64,000 nt of DNA from a virus. How positions within the stretch are numbered: position 1 is the stretch's first letter; each line of letters starts with the position of its first letter. The translations under genes and the position numbers were made by a program. This document shows positions 50,788 to 59,545 of this stretch, one piece after another. A model generated the notes under the pieces. The model was not told the DNA's origin and searched no databases. It worked only from the letters and a program-made list of their open reading frames with translations. Location of the stretch: positions 69,025 to 133,024 of IMG/VR virus record IMGVR_UViG_3300024261_000007; one strand, 5' to 3'.

Positions 50788-51168
50788 ATGAATTTAAGCA
50801 ACAAAAAAAGACTTCTCCTTGAAAGACACAAGGATCTAATCAACGCGCTCATGAGGTGTAGAATTATGATTGAGGATAGAGAAGACCCAACAGTACTTGA
50901 TATTATGACAGATATGAGAGCTTTGCCGGGCATTGTCACAGTTAGACAAACTAGACCGATTAGTGAACCTGTGACTAATAACGGTCATAGAATCGTAGAA
51001 CTTAATGTTTCTTATATGGAAAAATACTTAACTGTGACAAAAAGCGATGTCTTGAAAGAAGTTGCTAAATCACTTAAAACTATCGAAGGCGTTGACATGA
51101 TTAAAGTAATGGAACATGATAATGATATAGTCAATGCAAAACTTCAAAAAAGACCAATGATTATTTAG
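50788..51168 (+). CDS. Hypothetical protein
   Basis: AGGA RBS; DMRALPGIVTV and LKTIEGV repeats suggest a small ferredoxin-like alpha/beta fold. Confidence 0.65.
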   Translation: MNLSNKKRLLLERHKDLINALMRCRIMIEDREDPTVLDIMTDMRALPGIVTVRQTRPISEPVTNNGHRIVELNVSYMEKYLTVTKSDVLKEVAKSLKTIEGVDMIKVMEHDNDIVNAKLQKRPMII

Positions 51169-51181
51169 TAAAGGAAAAAAA

Positions 51182-51442
51182 ATGACACTAGACGACAATG
51201 CAATTAGCCACATTGCAAAAATTATTCAGATGGCCATCATTACTGGCACTGACATTGTAGATCATTTAAGAATGATGAAACTTGATACTAATCCTAATGA
51301 TTCACTAAAATTGATTTTAAATGATGAATACAAAGAAATTCATGATAATTCTATAAGTGTAATGGTTAAAAATTCGTTATCAAGAAGAGACGAAGAGTTA
51401 GGTTTAAACCAAGCACAAGAGGTAAATATTGACAATGAATAA
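51182..51442 (+). CDS. Hypothetical protein
   Basis: AAGGA RBS; 86 aa. Confidence 0.65.
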   Translation: MTLDDNAISHIAKIIQMAIITGTDIVDHLRMMKLDTNPNDSLKLILNDEYKEIHDNSISVMVKNSLSRRDEELGLNQAQEVNIDNE

Positions 51443-51812
51443 AGATATGTTAAAAGATGTTTTTGAAAAAAGACAAACTTTTATGGAAATGATTAAAGAA
51501 AAGTTTCCAGACTCATATCCAGAGTGGCCAGTAAATCTTTCAGAAAAGCAAGCTCAGACTACATGCAGAGAAACAGCTCTTAAAGGCGTCGAAGAAATGT
51601 TTGAGGCATTACAGCATCTTAAAAATTGGAAACCACATCGAGAAACAGAAATGCCTGATATTGATAGAGAAGAATTTTTAGAGGAAATTGTTGATGCTTT
51701 TAATTACTTTTTTTCTTTAATGATTTTAATTGGAGTAGATGTTGAAGAGTTTTATGACGCTTTCAATAAAAAAGACAGAATAATCAGAGAAAGACTTACA
51801 CAAGGATATTAG
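51435..51812 (+). CDS. All-alpha NTP pyrophosphatase (dimeric dUTPase / MazG / T4 gp56-like)
   Basis: GVEEMFEAL..NWKPH and EFLEEIVDAFNYF acidic metal-binding helices; NxKxxxxxxR..GY C-terminus. Confidence 0.8.
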   Translation: MNKDMLKDVFEKRQTFMEMIKEKFPDSYPEWPVNLSEKQAQTTCRETALKGVEEMFEALQHLKNWKPHRETEMPDIDREEFLEEIVDAFNYFFSLMILIGVDVEEFYDAFNKKDRIIRERLTQGY

Positions 51813-51813
51813 T

Positions 51814-52461
51814 GTGTACGAAATCGACGATGAATTGTTGATCTATAAAGATAGTTTTTACAGATCATCAGAATTTTCTTTACACTTGTGGAATGTTATT
51901 GAAAGCAAAATTCTTTATATACTTGGAATATTTGATACAGGAATTGTAACAGTATACTTTGACAATGAGAACATATCAATATCAGCAAGTTCAGAATTTT
52001 TTATTGTTGTAAATGAAAGCTATCGCTTTTTTTTGAACAACTGTCTATGCAATATGCCAGACTTTACAGCGTGTATTTTAATAACCTTTGAAAAAAAACA
52101 AGAGTTTAAATTAAATTACGACAAATGCTTTTTTTATTATGAAGAAGATAATAGTGAAGATGAAGGCGATATAGAAGCTCAAGTAGACATATCAGGAGAC
52201 ATTTCTTCTTTCACTGAGATCAAAGCAAGTATTCTTTCCAAAATAACAAAAGAACTCCAGTACTTAGTACATAAAAACGCGCTTCAATATAAAATTGAAA
52301 AGTCAAAAATTACCAAATTAGACGTAGAATACGAATATTATGTTTTACTTTCTAAAGTTTATAATAAAGGCTTGAAAGAAGTTATGATTAAAAAAAACGT
52401 AAACTCTGTATTACAAAAGTATATTTTAGAGATACAAGAAAGAACAAGAAATGAAAAATAA
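51814..52461 (+). CDS. Hypothetical protein
   Basis: 215 aa ORF tightly packed in operon. Confidence 0.6.
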   Translation: MYEIDDELLIYKDSFYRSSEFSLHLWNVIESKILYILGIFDTGIVTVYFDNENISISASSEFFIVVNESYRFFLNNCLCNMPDFTACILITFEKKQEFKLNYDKCFFYYEEDNSEDEGDIEAQVDISGDISSFTEIKASILSKITKELQYLVHKNALQYKIEKSKITKLDVEYEYYVLLSKVYNKGLKEVMIKKNVNSVLQKYILEIQERTRNEK

Positions 52462-52852
52462 AAACAGGTATTATTTACAAGAAGAATATCATCTTGATAT
52501 AGAAGAAGAAAAAGAAGAAATTGAAAATCTGACTACAAGTGAAGTACAGCAAGAAGCACTTAGACTACTACGGACATTTCTTAAGAAACCTGTTAAATGG
52601 AACAACATGTTTTCACTTATAGAAAAAGTAAGAAGAGAAATGCAGTCTGGAAGAGATAACTATGACAGCTCTGCAAATGATACGCAACTTTCTCTTATCA
52701 CACCTTTGCTTGTTTTTTTTAGCTTAACAATCAAGACTTCAATGCAAATGCAACCTATAGATAGCGAAATAATTATTAATATACTGGCAGATAATTTTAA
52801 AAGTCAAGAACATTTAGATGAGCTAGGAATAATGATTGATGAAATCTACTGA
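52451..52852 (+). CDS. Hypothetical protein
   Basis: 133 aa ORF overlapping neighbours. Confidence 0.6.
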   Translation: MKNKNRYYLQEEYHLDIEEEKEEIENLTTSEVQQEALRLLRTFLKKPVKWNNMFSLIEKVRREMQSGRDNYDSSANDTQLSLITPLLVFFSLTIKTSMQMQPIDSEIIINILADNFKSQEHLDELGIMIDEIY

Positions 52853-53744
52853 AAATACTTTGAAAGATTTTTTTGTAAAACAACATATCTTTTCTAAAAA
52901 GTTTTACAATTCAGAAATATTAAGCGAAAAAGAAAAAGAAGAGCTTCTTAAAACTTTATCTTTAGCAATGCACAACGAAATATCAGAAATTTTATCTTCG
53001 ACAAATTTTAAAGTTTTTGACAAAACGGACTATTCTGTTGATAAAAACAAGCTCCTTTACAACTCTGTTGATGTCTTTAGGTACATGATAGCAATAATGA
53101 ATCTTTATAATATTACAGATCACGAATTTACTTCTGCTTTTGACGAAAGAGACAAACACTTAGATATTATTAACGAAATAAAAAGTCCTAACAGGAATCA
53201 AAAAGTAGTCGTCGTTGACATAGATGACGTTTTATGCACTTTTAGAAGCCATTTTAATAACTACTTATACAAAAAGTATGATATATTTGTTGACCCAGAA
53301 AATACCTCTTATTACTCTTCAAAAGAAGTTAAAAGTGTAGGATTAAGTCCCGAAAGAGTTTTTGAAACTTTTATTGAAGAAGATGGATTTCTAGACATAC
53401 CTGTAGTACCTGAAATGGTTGATCTCTTACACGACATGAAAAGACAAGGTGTATACGTACAACTACTTACTTCGAGGCCAGAACATAATTTGAAATGCAA
53501 GTATCAAACTTTTGTTTGGCTTGAAAACAACAATATTCCTTTTGATAACATTAACTTTGCAGCAGAAAAGTATATATGGCTCGCTAAGAAAGACTTTTAT
53601 ATAAATAACAACTTGTTATCAGCAATTGATGATAGTCCAAAACATGCAATGGAATACGCAACACATGGTATTAAAGTTTTAGTTCCTCGAATGCCTTACA
53701 ATAAAAACTTAGATCACGCAAATATAACTTACTTTAGTTTATAG
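52839..53744 (+). CDS. Fusion: degenerate all-alpha NTP pyrophosphatase domain + HAD 5'(3')-deoxyribonucleotidase-like domain
   Basis: N-term MHNEISEIL..NFK..LLYNSVDVFRY; C-term HAD motifs VVDIDDVL, LLTSRP, K, AIDDSPKH. Confidence 0.75.
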   Translation: MKSTENTLKDFFVKQHIFSKKFYNSEILSEKEKEELLKTLSLAMHNEISEILSSTNFKVFDKTDYSVDKNKLLYNSVDVFRYMIAIMNLYNITDHEFTSAFDERDKHLDIINEIKSPNRNQKVVVVDIDDVLCTFRSHFNNYLYKKYDIFVDPENTSYYSSKEVKSVGLSPERVFETFIEEDGFLDIPVVPEMVDLLHDMKRQGVYVQLLTSRPEHNLKCKYQTFVWLENNNIPFDNINFAAEKYIWLAKKDFYINNNLLSAIDDSPKHAMEYATHGIKVLVPRMPYNKNLDHANITYFSL

Positions 53745-53766
53745 GTTTAATTTAAAATATAATTGT

Positions 53767-53795
53767 GTGTAAATTATACAACATCATTGTATAAT
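53767..53795 (+). promoter_or_regulatory. Early/middle-type promoter (GTGTAA-17-TATAAT)
   Basis: GTGTAA 53767-53772, TATAAT 53790-53795. Confidence 0.75.
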
Positions 53796-53838
53796 ATAAA
53801 AGTAATTAACAAAACAATATTGATAAATGGAGTAATAA

Positions 53839-54810
53839 ATGCCTATTAATAATAATCTTGAACCTGTTACTTTGCCTATGGATCTTAAATTCGGGCAAGA
53901 GCCAGTTACAAATTATATTAACAACTTAGAATCACTTAACATTGAGTTAATTGATGGTCCGACAAGAGAACAAGCACAAAAAATTGCATGGCACATGACA
54001 AAAGCAACTTGGGCTGATTCACCTAACGAGACCTCTTTTGAAAATGCTTCTGTTAAAGAAGCTTCCCAAAATCTTCAAGACGTCTTAAACTTTAGAGCTT
54101 TGCCTACGCCAATGGAGTGTTTAGGTTTTACGTTTAAGATTAGTGGGATTGATACGCAAACTGTAACTCATCTAATCAGACATCGAGCTGGATCATTTGC
54201 AGCACAATGTACAGGTGACAGAGATTTACGTAATGATAACATTCTTGTACCAGAGTCTGTAGAAAATTCTGACTTTCATGATAGATTTATTAATGTTGCG
54301 ATGCAAGCAAAGCAACTTTATTCTGATATGGTTGATTCTCGTGTTGTGTCGCTAATGGATGCACGAGTTATTTTGCCTAAGTCACTTGAGACTTTTTACA
54401 TTGCAAGATTTAATCTTAAAGATTTAATTGGTTTTATTAAGCAAAGACAAGACGTGCAGATTCAACCAGAAGTTGATAACATTATGGCAACTCGAATTGC
54501 AAGAATTGTTTGTGATGCTATTCCAGAAGTTGCATCATGTCTTGACTTTAGCAAACCAGACATGCATTATGTAAGAACATTTAGAGTCGAGCAAGCAGAT
54601 GGTTCTTATACTTCTAAGGGTACTAACTTATATTATCCTGAGCCTAAAAACGATATGTTTGACTTTAACGCACAAGATGCTATTTATCCATGTCGTCGTG
54701 AAGAGATTAATGGCAATAAGTCCGGTGAAGAAAAAATCTTTACGAGAATGTGGAATGATGATGTAAATGCTGTAAATGAAATTAAGCAGCAACTCGATAA
54801 TGAATTTTAA
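53839..54810 (+). CDS. Divergent ThyX-fold flavoprotein (motif Ser replaced by Cys)
   Basis: FTFKISGI..THLIRHRAGSFAAQCTGDR and DARVILP..ET ThyX-like motifs. Confidence 0.8.
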   Translation: MPINNNLEPVTLPMDLKFGQEPVTNYINNLESLNIELIDGPTREQAQKIAWHMTKATWADSPNETSFENASVKEASQNLQDVLNFRALPTPMECLGFTFKISGIDTQTVTHLIRHRAGSFAAQCTGDRDLRNDNILVPESVENSDFHDRFINVAMQAKQLYSDMVDSRVVSLMDARVILPKSLETFYIARFNLKDLIGFIKQRQDVQIQPEVDNIMATRIARIVCDAIPEVASCLDFSKPDMHYVRTFRVEQADGSYTSKGTNLYYPEPKNDMFDFNAQDAIYPCRREEINGNKSGEEKIFTRMWNDDVNAVNEIKQQLDNEF

Positions 54811-54886
54811 AACAGAGTTACAGATAGAAAACTTTGTTGCAAAACAATTAAAAACATAAAAAAATAATTACATAAGGAACATTTTA

Positions 54887-55336
54887 ATGAAAAAGATTTA
54901 TTTAGCTAGCGGTTGGTTTAATCCTACACAAGATGCAGAACTTACACAACTTGAAAAGATTTTTGACGAGCGCGCTGACTCTTTTGAACTAGCTTCACCT
55001 CGTCGTATCTTTGTTTGTCCTCCTAATGCACCAAAAAGTGTGCAAGATGAAACATTTACAGGAAATTTACATCATATTCAAACAGCAGATTTTTTACTTG
55101 TTAATACACGTGACAAGGATATCGGGACTATTTGGGAAACTGGTTACGCATATGCATTTGATAAGCCTATTATTTATTTTTGCGCAGGCTTGCCTAAAGG
55201 AGCTAAGTTTAATCTTATGTTAGCAAGAAGTGGTATTAAAGTTTGTACGTCTTTTAAACAGTTAGAAGATTATCTGGACAGAGCAATTAAGTCTGGTGAA
55301 CTTCCAAACGAGCCTTACGCAGATGCAATTGAATAA
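54887..55336 (+). CDS. Nucleoside 2-deoxyribosyltransferase / nucleotide N-glycosidase family protein
   Basis: KIYLASGWF, SPR, ADFLL, DIGTIWETGYAYAFDKPI, NLML. Confidence 0.85.
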   Translation: MKKIYLASGWFNPTQDAELTQLEKIFDERADSFELASPRRIFVCPPNAPKSVQDETFTGNLHHIQTADFLLVNTRDKDIGTIWETGYAYAFDKPIIYFCAGLPKGAKFNLMLARSGIKVCTSFKQLEDYLDRAIKSGELPNEPYADAIE

Positions 55337-55607
55337 AGATACTTTAAAGTTTTGGTCTTTTAAAGATACTAAAGACTATAAGAGCGCAAAGTATAAACAT
55401 ATATGTAATTCAAACGTATATCGAAGATTTACGTTTGTTAAGTCTTTTTTGTTAAAAGTAGAGTTGACAAACAATAAGTTTTCTTACGTAACACCTTTAT
55501 GCTTTATGTCTTACGGGTCTTTTCCTGACGGTAACTACGAAGGAATTGATGATAGCGGCCAGAAAATATTTTTTAACGAAGAACAAATTAATGAGGTATA
55601 CAGGTGA
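55323..55607 (+). CDS. Hypothetical protein
   Basis: ORF overlapping upstream stop; start uncertain. Confidence 0.5.
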   Translation: MQLNKDTLKFWSFKDTKDYKSAKYKHICNSNVYRRFTFVKSFLLKVELTNNKFSYVTPLCFMSYGSFPDGNYEGIDDSGQKIFFNEEQINEVYR

Positions 55608-55816
55608 ATTTTAAATACAAAAAAATTTTTAAAACATATGCTTTCCATAATATAGTTGCTCATCCTCTAATGCAAGTTTTAAATTGGGTAGGCAAAGAAA
55701 AGTGGGCTAATGAAGTTCATGATAAAACATTACCTAAAAAAGGTGTTCATGAAAAAGAAACAGCAAACACAGGAAATGATGTGCCTGAAGCAAACAGAAC
55801 AATCTTAAAAGATTAA
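55604..55816 (+). CDS. Small hypothetical protein
   Basis: GAGG RBS, GTG start; FHNIVAHPLM..VHDKTLP. Confidence 0.6.
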   Translation: MNFKYKKIFKTYAFHNIVAHPLMQVLNWVGKEKWANEVHDKTLPKKGVHEKETANTGNDVPEANRTILKD

Positions 55817-55817
55817 A

Positions 55818-56018
55818 ATGATCAATAAAATACCTGAATCTTTTAGGATTGGGAGTTGTATAAAATACAGCTACTTGTATTTAAACGATACAGATAGTAT
55901 AGGTGTAATTCTTAAAATAAAAGAAGATGCAAACTTTACTTGCATGGTTACGATTTTAACAGAACTCTCTAAAATAGAAATTATTCCTTATAATGTTATG
56001 GAATACAATATATTATGA
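55818..56018 (+). CDS. Small hypothetical protein (SH3/KOW-like)
   Basis: FRIGSCIKY...IGVILKI pattern. Confidence 0.5.
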   Translation: MINKIPESFRIGSCIKYSYLYLNDTDSIGVILKIKEDANFTCMVTILTELSKIEIIPYNVMEYNIL

Positions 56019-56216
56019 ATATTTTCATTCTCGATAAATTTTCTAAAAAAGTCACGGCGTATCACTGTGACAATCACGTAGTGAAAATGATGTTAAAATC
56101 TGACTAAATAAAATACACAGCTACATTTACTTTGGAACAAAAACAAAACGCTCAAATACTTTAAAAGAGTAAGATTTGTAAAATGCAAGTATTCAAAAAA
56201 GCTTAAATGGTTTTAA
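56015..56216 (+). pseudogene. Remnant of pyrimidine-dimer DNA glycosylase / DenV-like gene
   Basis: ATG 56015 reads MNIFILDKFSKKVTAYHCDNHVVKMMLKSD-stop(56107)-IKYTA, matching family N-terminus MNIFxLD..YHCDKHVVKMILESAQLLxTA; possible C-terminal KWF-stop at 56216. Confidence 0.7.
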
Positions 56217-56221
56217 AGTGC

Positions 56222-56253
56222 ATGTAAATTACATTTAAAAAATATATTATAAT
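56222..56253 (+). promoter_or_regulatory. Early/middle-type promoter variant (ATGTAA-17-TATTAT)
   Basis: TGTAAAT core with AT-rich -10 at matching spacing. Confidence 0.5.
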
Positions 56254-56279
56254 TTATAATCTCATATTAAGGATGATCT

Positions 56280-56549
56280 ATGCAAAAAACATACAATTCA
56301 TATAAAAATGGCTTACAAGTTTCTGACTTAGTAACTTTTATGCACAATGTATTTAAAAACCAATTTTCAGGGCCAAGAACAGCTTTGGTTATAGATAGAA
56401 GTTTCTTGTTTGACAATAAAACAAAGTATGGAATTAAAAAATTTTTTAGTTATAAAATGCTTGACTTAAATAGCAATAAAATATATGTCATAAAAACTCG
56501 TGACATAAAAGTAGTTAAAGTTTTTAAATCAATGAAAGAAGAAAAATAA
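56280..56549 (+). CDS. Hypothetical protein
   Basis: AGGA RBS; 89 aa. Confidence 0.55.
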   Translation: MQKTYNSYKNGLQVSDLVTFMHNVFKNQFSGPRTALVIDRSFLFDNKTKYGIKKFFSYKMLDLNSNKIYVIKTRDIKVVKVFKSMKEEK

Positions 56550-57536
56550 ATGAGAATAGGAATTACTGGAGAAAAAGGCTTTATTGCAACCAACTTAGCA
56601 CAAAAAATTATTAAACAAGGACATGAATTTGTATCACTTGACAATGCTGACTTTGCAAAAAGAGTTATGGATTACACACTATCAGGTGAAGTTTGTGTAT
56701 ATAAAAATAGTGTCAAAAGATGGACCAGCTTATTTGAGTTGTTAGGCTTAGACTGTATTGTTCATAATGCAGCAGTTGTTGGGACTGATGTTGTTGCTTT
56801 AAACCCAAGACATGCTATTAATACAAACGTGTTAGGCACACAGACAATCGTTGAGGCAGCAAATAATTGTAAAATGTTAATTGTATATACTGGTACAACA
56901 GTAATTTATGATACATACAAATATCAAGAAACTGACATTTTAGAAAACAGCGAAATATTTCCAAGAACAAACTATGCAGTGCAAAAGTACGCTGGTGAAA
57001 TGATTGTAAGAAATAATGCAAAAGAATGGCTTGTTACAAGACCACTATTTGCCTACGGTGGTGTAGGTGATATGAATTCTTTAATTGCTAAGTCTTTGTT
57101 TGGAGTTAAAAACAGCATAGAAAGTATTGATATGTTTTTAAATCCAGAAAAAATTAAAGACTACATGCATGTTGAAGACTTTTGTGAAAACGTCATGAGA
57201 CTTGTAGATGATGGAGTTAGAAACGAGGATTTTAATATTACAGCAGAAAATCCTCATACAACTTTGGAAATTATTAGTTTAATTGAAGAAGTTTCTGAAA
57301 GCTCTTTAGAAGGAATAATAAAGTGGCACCCAGAAACTGACTATCTTGGAAATCATAGACTTTCTAACCAAAAGTTTTTAGACTTTATGAAGACTTCAGC
57401 TACAAAAACTTTAAAAGAAGGTATTAAAGAATCTTGGAATACTATTAAAAATGATAAAAGCAATTACAATCCTTTAAAATATTTAGATCAAGCAAAAGAA
57501 AACAAAGTTGATCTTAAAAAATTCTTTCCAAAATGA
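56550..57536 (+). CDS. NAD-dependent nucleotide-sugar epimerase/dehydratase (extended SDR)
   Basis: GITGEKGFIA Rossmann motif, HNAA, TNVLGT, YAVQK catalytic YxxxK, DYMHVED. Confidence 0.88.
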   Translation: MRIGITGEKGFIATNLAQKIIKQGHEFVSLDNADFAKRVMDYTLSGEVCVYKNSVKRWTSLFELLGLDCIVHNAAVVGTDVVALNPRHAINTNVLGTQTIVEAANNCKMLIVYTGTTVIYDTYKYQETDILENSEIFPRTNYAVQKYAGEMIVRNNAKEWLVTRPLFAYGGVGDMNSLIAKSLFGVKNSIESIDMFLNPEKIKDYMHVEDFCENVMRLVDDGVRNEDFNITAENPHTTLEIISLIEEVSESSLEGIIKWHPETDYLGNHRLSNQKFLDFMKTSATKTLKEGIKESWNTIKNDKSNYNPLKYLDQAKENKVDLKKFFPK

Positions 57537-57597
57537 CTTGCCTTGTTTAGATTCTGTATTGTAAGATATTTATCTGTTGTATACAGGAGTAAATATC

Positions 57598-58371
57598 ATG
57601 CCAAGAGAATCAAAAAAAATTGACTTAGTTTGTCAAGAGTGTGGTGTAACGTATCAAAAGGCACCTTCAAAAGCAAAAAATTCTAAATTTTGTTCAAAAC
57701 CTTGCAAAGATAAATCAACCTCAAAACATAAAACAGCAAAGTGTTTGAGTTGTAAAAAAGAGTTTAAATCAACAAGAGGAAAAAAATATTGTTCAAGAAA
57801 ATGTTACATGGACGACAACAAGAAAAAAAGAGTAAGTCTTATATGCGACAATTGTGGCATAAAATATGAAAAGCCTTTTGATGAAGTAACTAAATATTGT
57901 AGTAAAACATGCCAGCATACAGCACAAAGTAGCGGTCTGCATGAGATACCTTCTAATGGAAGAATGGGTTTTAGAAAAGACTTACCTCCAAAATATTTTT
58001 TTAAGTCATCTTTAGAAGCTGATTACGCAAGATGGTGTGAGGCAACTAATAAACCTTACATATATGAGCATAAAACATTTACAGTTCAGTACGACGGAAG
58101 AGACAAACAATATACACCTGACTTTTATCATCCGGATAACGATAAGTATGTTGAACTTAAAGCTATTCGTAGAGATAGAAAGTTTAATTCAAATTTACTA
58201 GCTGCTGACATTTTAAAACAGCAAGGTTTAGACATAGATGTTTTGCTTATGCATGAATTCTATACTCAAATTAAACAAAGCGGACATTATTGGTTAGTAG
58301 ACAATATAGAAAATAAAAATTATCATGGAACAAGACACCTTATATATCTCAAAGCTAGCTCAAAAAAATAA
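57598..58371 (+). CDS. Zn-finger repeats fused to PD-(D/E)xK endonuclease (homing-endonuclease-like)
   Basis: AGGAG before ATG 57598; three CxxC...(F/Y)CSxxC repeats; SSLEADYA..YIYE..YTPDFY..YVELK. Confidence 0.75.
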   Translation: MPRESKKIDLVCQECGVTYQKAPSKAKNSKFCSKPCKDKSTSKHKTAKCLSCKKEFKSTRGKKYCSRKCYMDDNKKKRVSLICDNCGIKYEKPFDEVTKYCSKTCQHTAQSSGLHEIPSNGRMGFRKDLPPKYFFKSSLEADYARWCEATNKPYIYEHKTFTVQYDGRDKQYTPDFYHPDNDKYVELKAIRRDRKFNSNLLAADILKQQGLDIDVLLMHEFYTQIKQSGHYWLVDNIENKNYHGTRHLIYLKASSKK

Positions 58372-59545
58372 AGGGTTTGCAGCTTTAACAATAATATCGC
58401 TCGCAGCTGTGATGTCATTAATATCATTTATTGTAATTCAATACGGGCGTATATCCTTAAACGTAATGGAAGAAAAACAAATACTTGATTCGTGCAGCAT
58501 TGACTTAGGGACTTCTATAATAAAAACAAACAAAGTAGATGAAATATGTGACGTAAGATTTCTTAACGAATGTGCAACCACACTTTCAGAAAACGTAAAT
58601 CCAAACTTTCAATGTGTTGATTTAGGTTTAGAATGTGACTTAAATAATGTTTGTGAAAGAAATTTTGGCATTACTTCGAGTTATAATCCGGGAAGAGGAA
58701 ACACGTCTAAGTTTGTAACTATAACTGTTCCCGAAGAGGTTCATGACGTTAACTTAATAGATGCAGCAGTAATAATGTTGCTTGATTACAGCGGCTCTAT
58801 GAGTGGCAATAGAATTGTCCAGTTAAAAGACTCAGTCAGGCAATTTATTAACTCTGACTTTAATCTAAGTTACTCTGTTATCTTGTATAATAGTGACGTA
58901 ATAGTTTACTCAGATATTGGGAAAGGTCAGCAACACAAACAATCTGTAAACTCAATGGTTACAAACAATAACCCTTCAGGCGGGACAAGTTTTATTAAAC
59001 CACTTGACAAGGCAATACAACAAATAGCACAAACAGACTACGAAGCTTACTACGTGCTACTAATATCAGATGGATCGCCTAATGAAGGCATTAGCGCCTC
59101 ACAAAATTTTGTGCAAAGCAATGTCATGAATATTAACGACAACAGTTGTATTTTTTCTACTAATACAAGTCCGTGTATTACAGTATATACATTAGGTGTA
59201 GACAATGCAGATGTAAATGCTTTAACTTCAATAAGTGGTAATACTTTAAATACGTCACCTAACGAGTTTTCATTTACTGTCAATGCAAACCAAGTTTCTG
59301 CGGCTTTTAATGCTATTATTGCAGAAATTATGTGTAGAATTGGTCCAGTCATTGCTGAAGGTAATCTAAATGTTTTTAACAATACGCAAGTCTTAGAAGA
59401 AGGTATTGATTATTTACATGATAATTTATATAAGATTTTAAAGTTTTATGATACAGAACCCTTTAATATATGTACAAACATGTTAAACAACAATGCACAA
59501 ATTACTTTAAGATGGGGAAAGCCTAAATTAAATGTCGGACAATAA
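58325..59545 (+). CDS. TadG-like membrane-anchored vWA domain protein
   Basis: KNKG/FAALTII hydrophobic N-terminus; MIDAS DYSGSMS, GGT, LLISDG; Cys-rich region. Confidence 0.75.
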   Translation: MEQDTLYISKLAQKNKGFAALTIISLAAVMSLISFIVIQYGRISLNVMEEKQILDSCSIDLGTSIIKTNKVDEICDVRFLNECATTLSENVNPNFQCVDLGLECDLNNVCERNFGITSSYNPGRGNTSKFVTITVPEEVHDVNLIDAAVIMLLDYSGSMSGNRIVQLKDSVRQFINSDFNLSYSVILYNSDVIVYSDIGKGQQHKQSVNSMVTNNNPSGGTSFIKPLDKAIQQIAQTDYEAYYVLLISDGSPNEGISASQNFVQSNVMNINDNSCIFSTNTSPCITVYTLGVDNADVNALTSISGNTLNTSPNEFSFTVNANQVSAAFNAIIAEIMCRIGPVIAEGNLNVFNNTQVLEEGIDYLHDNLYKILKFYDTEPFNICTNMLNNNAQITLRWGKPKLNVGQ

